Source of the DNA: Eledone cirrhosa
Taxonomy: Eukaryota
Assembly (NCBI GenBank): GCA_964016885.1
Contig: OZ024744.1
Span: 35,836,001 to 35,900,000 of the forward strand
DNA: 64,000 nucleotides
Direction of reading: 5' to 3'
Each line of letters opens with the position of its first letter. Positions within the stretch are counted from its first letter, which is position 1. Positions 1-10,913 of this stretch are shown one piece after another. A program made the position numbers and the translations under genes. The notes below the pieces were generated by a model. That model did not search any database. It saw only the letters and a list, made by a program, of their open reading frames with translations, and was not told the DNA's origin.

Positions 1-1654
1 AGTGAATGGTCACCTTTCGGAACCGCTCAACATCATGCGCTCAGTCCGCCAAGGATGTCCCCTCTCGTCCCTATTGTACGTATTGACTCTCGAGCCATTA
101 CTGCACAAACTGGAGACATTGAGGGGGTCCCGCGCGAACTAGGATGCGGAAGATCCGTGTCAGCATATGCGGACGATGTCACCCTAGTGGTGTCGAACGC
201 CAAACACATCGAGGCGATCGGCACTACACCAAGAGAATACGAAGCGGTGACAGGAGCAATGATAAACCAGGAAAAGTCAGTGGGCCTGCAGCTCGGCACC
301 TGGAGAGGCAGGTCCATGCGGTCCAGACCTCCAGACGGACAAAAACTGGGACGAGGTGACGAGCAGAGTGGCTTCTCTCACCCAGAAATGGGCCTAGAGG
401 AAGCTATCCCTGAAAGGTCGAGCGGAGGTGGCTAACGCGTATATCGCGTCCGTCTTCTACTACCGCCTGACCGTCGTACCTTGTCATAAGCCCCGCCTGA
501 CTGCGCTGGAGCGTTTGCTCTTTCGCTTTTTGTGGAAGGGACGCGCTCCGATGGTCAGGCGGTCTATCTGCTGTCAACACCCGCTACTTGGAGGGCTGGG
601 CATGCCGTGGCTGATGATGCGCAGACACGCGCTCAGGCTACGGCATCTCCACGTCTTCCTCGACGGTGATCAGGTGTGGTCGCCGTTTGCTAGACACTTC
701 TTTCCCCAGCTCGTCTCCTTGACGGAGCTGCAGTCCTGGGTCAAGCGAAGACCGAGAGGGAGCGCTTGGAGACTGGAATGTCTTCAGGCGCTCACAGCCC
801 TCGACCAATCGGGCAATGTGATCGGTGGAAACTCCACCTTGGCGTTCTATAGGGGATTAGTGGAGGGGAAGAGCGACGACGTACTTGGAGAAACTCTAGG
901 CGTCGACGAAAATCAACTAGCCAATCTCTTCGGAAGGACTTTCGGGCCGGGGCCTATGGACAACTTCCAGAAATCCCTGGCCTGGCAGTGCTACCGGGGA
1001 GCTTTGCCAGTTCGGGATAAACTTTACAGGCATGGAGGTGCCGTCAGCCGGGCATGTCCGAGATGCGCACAGGGCGACGAAACCGTCCTGCACGCACTCG
1101 TCCAATGTCCGAGTATTGCTGACTTGTGGGTTTATGTCGAACACCTGCTGTCACGTGTAGGACGGATCCAGCTATCAGCTGAGTCCATCGTGAGGATTGC
1201 CCCGCCCTCTTCCTTTAGCCGGGAAGGGCAGGCAGTTTTTATCTGTCTGGTGGCCATGGCGAAAGAGATAGTATGGTGGACACGTTTGAAAGGGCTGAAG
1301 ACGAGCACTTACCTCTTCGGTGATGCCCTGATTAACCTTTTCAAATTTCATTTGAAAAGGAAAATCAGTATGGCCCGAATGAATGGGCCTTCTCTAAGTA
1401 TGAGTCTGTAAATTAAAGGTGGAAAACTGGGAGAGGGCACTTGCCCTGGTGGTCAGGGCCACTGTGGTCTTTTAATGGGCTTTCTCCACAAATGTCCCTC
1501 GGAAGTCTCCCCCCTATTGGGTAATTTTTCTTTGTTATTTTATTTCATCCTCTGTTTTTTTTACACGCAGAAATGCCCATTTGTACCGTCCTGTATTGTC
1601 CTGTACTGTCCTTAATGTCTACTTTATGTAAACCCTTGTGGTTAATAAAGAAAA

Positions 1655-1700
<46 letters not shown>
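1..1700 (+). mobile_element. Tx1/L1-type non-LTR retrotransposon, family 1, 3' part (copy A; begins before the window)
   Basis: Near-identical to 5948-7750. RT motif SAYADD, C-terminal CPRC...H..C zinc-finger region (ORF 428-1411), 3' UTR with AATAAA and a (TTA)n tail at about 1657-1700. Confidence 0.93.
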
Positions 1701-1918
1701 GAATGCTATGGTTGACGGAGGCTCGGCTCTGTAAGGTACTGTAAATTTTGAACGCTATAACAATTGTAAATTGTTTAAAACTTAGACCAACTTGTAGACA
1801 AAAACACCCTCCTCCTCGTGAGAGGGGTCTTTCTGCCCGTTATTTGGCCCTTCGGGGTTAAATAACTGCTTATTGGGGTTTTGTACCCAATATTTATTTT
1901 TAACAAAAAAACAACAAC

Positions 1919-4026
1919 ATGGCTACGAAAAAGAATTTGCATAGGTCACGCCCACTCATTCCGTCTTCTTTTTCCTCAATCGTCACTACAGCAGAGAGAA
2001 GATTGTCTCTCTCCCTCCCTTCTTTAAATCTGTCTCTCTCCCTCCCTTCTCTTTCGCAAGCGACGAAAGAAAAGAAAAGTCTCGTGCAAAGCGTGCAAGG
2101 TTTCTCCACGACGACGACGACAGCGACGAAACAGGTGTGCGGGAAATACGAAAACCCAGTTCATTCGTCTGACGTCAGGAATAATAGCAGTAGCAGCCGT
2201 AATAACAACAGCAACAGTGACAATGAAAACAACAGTAGCAGCCGCAACAGCATCACCAGCAGCATAAACAACAACAGCATTAGCAGCAGCAACACCAACA
2301 ACAACCACAGCAACAGCGGCGGAGGCAGTAGTCGTAGTACCTGCAGCAACAACAAAAGTAACAGCAGCTCTGACGACAACAACAACAACAGCAGCAAAGA
2401 AAAACCAATCTCATTTGCAGGTATTGCGAAAAACCTGGAAACAATCCTCATAACAAATGAGGAATTAGAGGAAGCGAAGAAGATGGTGACAAAGAATAAA
2501 CACCGAGCAATCTGCAAGGCAGCGGAAAAATTTTTCGGAACCCAACAGCACTGTACGGTCACGTACCGTACAGTAAGTACAAAATCCCGTAGGGTGGAAA
2601 GAGCCACAGAGGCTCAAATACAAAAATCCTTGGGGGTCTGTGTGGCAGCGGAAAACGCACATCACCCGAGGAAAAAAATATGCCACCGTAGACGTACTTT
2701 TTGCCACACCCCAGGAGGCAAAGGCTCAATCCGTAGTGACCCTAAGGGGCGAGGAAATGGTGTTGGTGCCCTCCTACTGCGGGCAAAAAAATGTGAGGGT
2801 CAAACTGACCCACGTCCCCCCCCCCCCGGGATGGCCCCTTATTGGCTGGCCGCGTCTGTCCTCGTCGGAATCGAGGACAAAACAACTGTACTGCAAGTAC
2901 AGAAAAAAGTAAGAGAAGATTGGGTCGGCACCTCCATTGAGATGCTAATCCAAACCAACCAGGAGTGCATCGAAGCTATCCCGGATGTGATAGACTTCGA
3001 TAACGGCACTCAACTGCCCATAAGTGTTGAGGGAAAACGCCCGAAATGCTTTCGCTGTGGATCGAAGACTCACCTCAGGTCCTTCTGCAACGAGAAGACC
3101 CTGAGAAAGGAGAAAACCCCCCTCCTTCCGAAACCGGCTCCACGGCTACCTGCAACAGGACAAGCGGCAATCAGGAACGATAGGTCCGTGGCACCCATAC
3201 CCACGCCACGGAAGTCAAAAACAGCAGCAGCAGTGGAAATATTAACAACAACAACAGCAATACCAAATGCAGCTGCAACAGAGACTCCAGTGCAAACATC
3301 ACCAACAACAACAAGTGAAAGAGTGGCGCTGGTACCCCTCACCGACCTCACAGAATCAGACATGAAGTGTGAGGTGGGAGAGGGATGGCAAAGGTCGTAA
3401 GAAGGCACAAACGCAGAAGCAGCGCATCGTCACCTTTGAAAAGGGAGGATAGAAATGAGAAAAGGGTAAAGTCTACTGCAAAGAGACCCACAGCAGCATC
3501 GCCACCAACACAATCACCACCCACACTAGCACCACCATCACCACCGGCGACAAACCCACCGCCAACAACACCTTCAACACCACCACCACAAGCACCAACA
3601 TCGCAAACACAACAACAAAACACACACACCCTGCAACAACGACAAGAAAATAGCAGAACCACACCCCACCCCAAGAAAAACAAATGCACGGCAATAAATA
3701 CACGCAACAAGAAACTAATGACTTACATAATTGAACACACAGACATTTCACAACACGACTACATAATACCAGCACCAATCAAAACGCCAACTAACATAAG
3801 ACTGCTAAAAATAGCACAGAAACAATACACAAACATTAAAACGAAATTCCCCAACGCAGTTGGTGATTTTAGGGACCTAGGAGGAACTATCAATCGAAGA
3901 GTATATTCAGACATTCTCTTAGAAGAGCCGACGACCAGCCGAAGGGACGATTCAACGGTCCCTTCACCAGACGATCAAGTGAAAAGGGATGTAAAAACCA
4001 TCCCTCCTCTACCAAAAGCACGGTAA
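1919..4026 (+). pseudogene. LINE ORF1 (gag-like nucleic-acid-binding protein), frameshifted
   Basis: ORFs 1919-3400, 2640-2912 and 3385-4026. CFRCGSKTHLRSFC is a CX2CX4HX4C knuckle. Low-complexity N/S and P/T tracts. Confidence 0.8.
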
Positions 4027-4061
4027 GTGGTCTTTCCCATCTTTTCCACTCTATTTTAAAC

Positions 4062-7000
4062 ATGACCTCACTCAGAATAGGCAGCATAAATGCGCGTGGC
4101 TTGGGGTCGTCATGGAAGCAGGGTCACCTGCTCAACGACCTCAGGTCACTAAACATAGATGTAGTGGCCATCAGCGAGACCAGAATCTCCGAAGCACTGG
4201 CCTTCGCACCGATCTTTGGCGACTACGATGTGTACGCATCTCCCAGCCGTCCTGGATCGGGGGAAGGAGTTGCTGTGCTTTTTCCGAGAGGTTTGGATCT
4301 CGCCATACGGGCCATCTTCCTGGACCCAGAGGGTAAGCTGGTGGTGCTGGACGTGACCAGCGGAGACGGGCAAGCTTTCAGGCTAGTGGCCGTCTATGCC
4401 CCGACAGGAGCAGGGCGGCCTGATTTCTTCCGGCGTCTGGAGACCTTTCTTGGAACGTCCCGCTCTTTAGTGTTAGTGGGCGACTGGAATGGCATCTTAG
4501 ATGCACGCTGGGACTGTGTGGGATTAGCAGATAGGGGTGGAGGGTGCAAGAGCCTCACCAACCTGCTCAGGCGTTTTGAACTGTCTGACAGGTACCGATT
4601 GGATTTCCCGAATGTGCCAATGTGGACTTGGACAAATAGCATAGGGTCATCCAGATAATATCTAGATAGAGTATTTTGTAGGGAAATAGATAGGTCTAGC
4701 ATAGGCTGTCCACAATTCAAGATAGTCAGCTACACGGACCACAAATTCGTGATCTGTGTGCTTGACTTAGATAGGCTTCATAGACGAGGACCCGGCTACT
4801 GGAAGCTAAACGCGTCGTTACCAGCGCGCAAGGCCTACAGAGACCGGATTAGCGAACTAGTTAAGCGGGCGTTGACGGGGGCCATCGTCAACAACAAGTG
4901 GTGGTTTGCTCTGAAAAGAGCGATTAGAATAGAATCCATTAGGTTTAGTAAGGCTTTAGCAATAGAGAAAAATAGAGCAGAGGGAGAACTAGTCAGAAAA
5001 TTAGACGAGGCGCTTAGCAACGGCATTGCGACCGACGTGCTTGCGGCGAAATTGGCCCTTGACCAATTCTTCAATGCAAAGCACGAAGGCTGCGTTGTCA
5101 GAGCTAGGGTGCGTGCTCTCAGACACGAGGGGACGAAAGCCGTTCAATGGGCCCGAGTGGCGGAGGCGCGTCGTGGCAACAAAGCCACGATCCGGTCTTT
5201 GGTGAACCACGACGGGCGCATGCTACTCGATCCCGGGCAAATGTGTGAAGCTTTTCAGCGACACTTCGCTCAGCTGTTCGGGGGCAGCGGTGGGCCGGGT
5301 CGAGTGATGGACTTTAGTGTCTACCTCGACGGACTGCCGCGGCTCTCGGCCACAGAGGCGAAGTGTTGCGAAAAGCCGATAACAGCCGCTGAAGTAAGGG
5401 AGGCAATGACTGGCTGCACAAGGGGTAAATCGCCTGGTTTGGATGGTCTGCCCTATGAACTTGACGTACAGATGCCAGACTTGTTCGGAGGCCTCTTGGC
5501 GGACGTCTACTGCAACTGGCAACAGAACGGGAGAATTCCCAGTTCTGTGAGCCAAGGAGCGGTGGCACTGCTGAGAAAGGATCCGAACAAGGGGGATAAC
5601 ATAGATAATTTCCGGCCCATAACTCTGCTAAACACAGAGTTCAAGATTTTGGCCAAGGTGCTAGCAAAGAGGTTGGCGCTTGTCGTTGGTGGTCTGATGG
5701 GAGAGGCGCAGACATGCGCCATTCCCGACAGATCCATCCACGACAACCTCCACCTCATGCGATACATCGTAGAGAGGGTAGCTAGGGAACCTGGCACGGG
5801 TGGGTCCTTGATCAATTTAGATCAGTCGAAAGCTTTCGATAGGGTCCACCATCGTTACCTAGCGGCAGTCCTGAGAGCGGCTGGCTTTGGGCCCGTCTTC
5901 AGAGGCTGGATATCTGCCATGCACAGCGACATCTGCTCTGTGGTGAGAGTGAACGGTCACCTTTCGGAACCGTTCAACATCATGCGCTCGGTCCGCCAAG
6001 GATGTCCCCTCTCGTCCCTCTTGTACGTATTGACTCTCAAGCCATTACTGCACAAACTGGAGACATTGAGGGGGGTCCCGCGCGAACTAGGATGCGGAAG
6101 ATCCGTGTCAGCATATGCGGACGATATCACCGTAGTGGTGTCGAACGCCAAACACATCGAGGCCACCGGCACTACACTAAGAGAATACGAAGCGGTGACA
6201 GGAGCAATGATCAACCAGGAAAAGTCAGTGGGCCTGCAGCTCGGCACCTGGAGAGGCAGGTCCATGCCGTCCAACAGCGTCCTCGGACGCTGGACGGACG
6301 GACCGGTTAAATTGCTAGGGGTCTGGTTCGGTCCGGACCTCCAGACGGACAAAAACTGGGACGATGTGACGAGCAGGGTGGCTTCTCTCACCCAGAAATG
6401 GGCGGAGAGGAAGCTATCCCCGAAAGGTCGAGCGGAGGTGGCTAACGCGTACATCGCGTCTGTCATCTGCTACCGCCCGACCGTCGTACCTTGTCCTAAG
6501 CCCCGCCTGACTGCACTGGAACGTTTGCTCTTTCGCTTTTTGTGAAAGGGACGCGCACCGATGGTCAGGAGGTCCATCTGCTGTCAACACCCGCTACGTG
6601 GAGGGCTGGGAATGCCGTGGCTGATGATGCGCAGACACGCGCTCAGGCTACGGCATCTCCACGTCTTCCTCGACGGTGATCAGGTGTGGTCGCCGTTTGC
6701 TAGACACTTCTTTCCCCAGCTCGTCTCCTTGACGGAGCTGCAGTCCTGGGTCAAGCGAAGACCGAGAGGGAGCGCTTGGAGACTGGAATGTCTTCAGGCG
6801 CTCACAGCCCTCGACCAATCGGGCAATGTGATCGGTGGAAACTCCACCTTGGCGTTCTATAGGGGATTAGTGGAGGGGAAGAGCGACGACGTACTTGGGG
6901 AAACTCTAGGCGTCGACGAAAATCAACTAGCCAATCTCTTCGGAAGAACTTTCGGGTCGGGACCTATGGGCAACTTCCAGAAATCTCTGGCCTGGCAGTG

Positions 7001-7481
7001 CTACCGAGGAGCCTTGCCAGTTCGGGATAAACTCTACAGGCATGGAGGTGTCGTCAGTCGGGCATTTCCGAGATGCGCGCAGGGCGACGAAACCGTCCTG
7101 AACGCACTCGTCCAGTGTCCGAAAATTGCTGACTTGTGGGTTTATGTCGAACACCTGCTGTCACGTGTAGGACAGATCCAGCTATCAGCTGAGTCCATCG
7201 TGAGGATTGCCCCGCCCTCCTCCTTTAGCCGGGAAGGGCAGGCAGTTTTTATCTGTCTGGTGGCCATGGCGAAAGAGATAGTATGGTGGACACGTTTGAA
7301 AGGGCTGAAGACGAGCACTTACCTCTTCGGTGATGCCCTGATTAACTTTTTCAAATTTCATTTGAAAAGGAAAATCAGGGTAGAGAGGGAAGTGCTCTCT
7401 TCCCAGCATTTTGTTGAAAGATGGGTGAGAGAAGCAAGTATGGCCCGAGTGAATGGGCCTTCTCTGAGTATGTGTCTGTAA
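4062..7481 (+). pseudogene. LINE ORF2 (AP endonuclease, reverse transcriptase, C-terminal zinc finger) with two in-frame stops
   Basis: Motifs SINARG, SET, VYAP, GDWN, YLDR, TDH, YWKLN, KSPGLDG, FRPITLLN, DQSKAFDRV, RQGCPLS, YADD. ORFs 4062, 4749 and 6561 share one frame, interrupted only by TAA at 4656-4658 and TGA at 6543-6545 (TGG in copy A). Confidence 0.93.
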
Positions 7482-7826
7482 ATTAAAGGTGGAAAACTGG
7501 GAGAGGGCACTTGCCCTGGTGGTCAGGGCCACTGTGGTCTTTTAATGGGCTTTCTCCACAAATGTCCCTCGGAAGTCTCCCCCCTATTGGGGAATTTTTC
7601 TTTGTTATTTTATTTCAACCTCCGTTTTTTTTACACGCAGAAATGCCCATTTGTACCGTCCTGTATTGTCCTGTACTGTCCTTAATGTCTACTTTATGTA
7701 AACCCTTGTGGTTAATAAAGAAAACATTATTATTATTATTATTATTATTATCGTTATCATCATCGTCATCATCGTTATCGTCGTCATTATCGTCATCATC
7801 ATCATCATCCCCATCATAATAACAAT

Positions 7827-7999
7827 AATTGTTTCTACTTTTGCAACAAGGCCAGCAATTACCCAGTATTTTATCGACCCAGTAAGGATGAAAGGCAAAG
7901 TTAACCTCGGCGGGATTTGAACTCAGATTGGAAAGGGCCGTAACTCTATGTGTCAAAGCATGGTGTCCGACCCTCTACCGATACTGCCAATCCACCGCC
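7827..7999 (-). mobile_element. tRNA-derived SINE
   Basis: On the minus strand: A-box-like TGGCAGTATCGG, B-box GAGTTCAAATCC, then a GCCTTTCATCCTT..GGGTCGATAAAAT body. Homologous to 49430, 62417 and 63300. Confidence 0.85.
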
Positions 8000-8694
8000 A
8001 TTATAATAACAATAATGGTAATACAAACATATTTAGCAGCAACAATATTGATTTCTATTGACATGTGATGGTGAATATTTGATAATACAATTCAACGTAA
8101 TTCATACGATATTAAATTGCCACAAAGTGATTCATGAGTCGATAATTATTTCACCGTGCGTAAGAGGTTTGTACCACAAAATTATTGTAGATGTGCTGTT
8201 GCTGGTTTTTTAATAGTAATTATCGTTATCCTCCCAGAAGTCTAATTAAACGTTACAGTGGACAACTAATTAGTTATGGGGATTCATTAAATTTGTGTCG
8301 ATTCTCTTATAGTAGAAATGGCATTTGTGAGTTTGTTTGTAATTAATTTGTTATGGTGGCTTCCGAACAACGTTCATTGTATTTCAGCTTTTATCCGTTA
8401 GCAATATTAATTATTTATTTACTCATATCAGTGTCAAGGGAAATTAAGGTTAATCCAGTCGAATATACATACATAATAATGGCTGCATCTCGGTTTCGAG
8501 AATTACCATCCCTTGACTTTTTCCCCATACATGGGTGGCACGAACATGAGTTTTTAACCCTGCCAAGGACACAGATTATTTTCTACATATGCTGCAGCGA
8601 AGGAAAAAAATGTCATGATCACACAACACACATGAATATCGATTAGATCAAATGATGTCTGCTTGAAACTTTTGAAAATGAAGAAAAGTCTTTG

Positions 8695-9245
8695 AGTTGA
8701 GATGCAATTTGGGCAATATTGGGCTGCGCTTTCTAGCAACCAGCCCACTCGCCGTAAGCAACGAATCACATTCTTTCTGACTTGACCACTGCCACGTCAC
8801 AATTCTTAGCCATTTTCAATTCGTTTCTGGCGGGGATCACTTTAGAAAAATATTTGTCCAATGAGTTTGTTTCCTGATGAGTTCGAAGCTCGAGATTTTA
8901 TTCTTAATAGGATATTTCCAAATACGAACGAAACCCGAGGGTAGAAACATAATCATGGTAGGTGTATATGCATTTCTTCTAACTTTAATGTTGTACCTAA
9001 TTGTGTATGGTTGACGGTATATTTAATCGATTTCCACGTGCTGTTGAAATGTTGGGTAAATATTCTATGGCGGTTGGCCGCGTAGAGATTGCTGTCGTTT
9101 ATTTATCTACTATTTCTTCATAGGTGCCTTTTAATCTTATAGCCTGGTCTAATTGATTTTTTATGTGGTTAATTATGCTAATTGGGAGAGGAAAAATGGT
9201 GTATATATATTATCAAATGATTCTATGGACATACTTTATAGTATA
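8695..9245 (+). repeat. Dispersed ~550-650 bp non-coding repeat, copy 1
   Basis: Highly similar to 14352-15012 and 13890-14330. Ends in (TA)n. Confidence 0.85.
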
Positions 9246-9386
9246 TATATATATATATATATATCACATAAGAAGCGAAGAATCAGTGTTACGACGAATT
9301 AGAATTTATTAGACATATTACAATCGTTTCTTTGGTGACCAGCTCGACGCCTATCGCATACAGACGCTTTAAGCATCCCACACCAA

Positions 9387-9418
<32 letters not shown>

Positions 9419-9426
<8 letters not shown>

Positions 9427-10057
9427 TTTTAATGCTATGAAATACCAATGATGGTTGGAAAATCACTGACGAAGGACTATTTTTATCATATGTAACCTAT
9501 GTGCAACCACGCAGTATTCTTCTTTCTTTTCATGTTTTTTTATATATATTCACCTCGGCTGCGTTTGTCTGTTTCTCTCTTACTGCTTCCCCGTTCTCTC
9601 TGTTTCTCTCACCTTCTTTCACCCCCTCTGTCAGTTACACTTTCTCTCGACTGACCGCTTCCTCGCACTTCCACTCACTCACTCTCTGTTCCTCCCCTTC
9701 TCACTTCCTCCCGTTTGGCTAACAGTGGGTCTTTTCTTGCTTACATTCCACTCACACTGGACGTGTCTGTACCTTTCGCTCATGAAATCCACCCAGCTTA
9801 TGCTGACCAGGACTACCATGTTGCTTGTTTATTTCCTTTCTTTGGTTTGCTTTTATCCTTCTATGTTGTTCACTTGTTCCCCTCGCTTTACGCGATTTAC
9901 TGGTCCCAATAACTTTTTTAGTTATTGCTCGCACTAACCTGAGGTATATGATTTTTAATGCGATGAAATACCAATAATGGTTGGAAAATCACTGACGAAG
10001 GACTATTTTTATCATATGTAACCTATGTGCAACCACGCAGTATTCTTCTTTCTTCTC

Positions 10058-10060
<3 letters not shown>
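9419..10060 (+). repeat. Small element bounded by ~115-bp direct repeats (9419-9533 and 9946-10060), set in (TA)n
   Basis: The direct repeats can be read directly. Each contains a TGATTTT/AAAATCA stem followed by CTGACGA. Confidence 0.75.
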
Positions 10061-10142
<82 letters not shown>

Positions 10143-10332
10143 TGTTAACCTAGTAAGACATATATATATATGTATATGTATGTATATATATATGAATTAG
10201 AACCCTGTAACCATTAAGCCCTAAGTATAAAGTACAAATAAATACTGAGCCGTTTGGCTGGCGAAGCACGAGGTGATGAATTCATCTTTCTGTGTGAACG
10301 TTGGCATATAGTGTTTGTGGCATTTAATCGCA

Positions 10333-10414
10333 ATCTCTCGCTGATGAAGCCCAGGATTATCTGTTACAAACACACTCAGGGCGAAACAGATTAGGGATAA
10401 TCTGTCCGAGAGAT
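10333..10414 (+). ncRNA. Type I hammerhead ribozyme
   Basis: Stem I ATCTCTCG/CGAGAGAT, core CTGATGA at 10341, stem II GCCC/GGGC, GAAA, stem III CAGATT/AATCTG, GTC cleavage triplet at 10404-10406. Confidence 0.88.
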
Positions 10415-10913
10415 ATAATAGTTATTGAGGCGGTTTGTATTATTTGATAATATATTTTTATTTTCATTTCGTCATTCTGTCTGTTTCTTGGTTAAATATT
10501 TCAAGCATATGTGGTTTTTCAACCCTTGTAATTTTGGACACACGGTTTACTGTGTTTCTTACTATGTATGTATATATATATATATGTATGTATCCTCTGA
10601 GGGCTTGATGGCACTGACTGATATATATATCCGATAAAAAGTCAGTTTTCTGTACCAGTAACCGACAATCATGTCTCTTTCTGGTGCTTTTTTTCTCCGG
10701 AAGTTTTGTTATCACAATCTCAAGAGTAGTATCATTGATGCCATATGTTTTGGTGTAATACAGGGGCAGTAGTTCGTTTGAATCTCTTCCAACCACACTG
10801 CATTTTGGTTGAATATCTTCTTTCCACCCCATATTTTTTTCCAGAAGGAATGTATGTTTTTCAGGGATGGGGCCTCAGTGACATTTATTGATTTGCCCCT
10901 AATGCCTGTATAT

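Larger units (their letters stand above)
1701..7750 (+). mobile_element. Apparently full-length Tx1/L1-type LINE, family 1 (copy B)
   Basis: 5' UTR, ORF1 with CCHC knuckle, ORF2 with AP endonuclease, RT and zinc finger, AATAAA and (TTA)n tail. Starts directly after the (TTA)n tail of copy A. Confidence 0.93.

Noticed and set aside
2024-3778. Antisense ORFs over Tx1 ORF1 (poly-L/V)
   Set aside because: Shadow frames of CAA/ACA-rich low-complexity coding sequence.
6543-6545. In-frame TGA as selenocysteine or readthrough
   Set aside because: Copy A has TGG at the same position, so this is a simple nonsense mutation.
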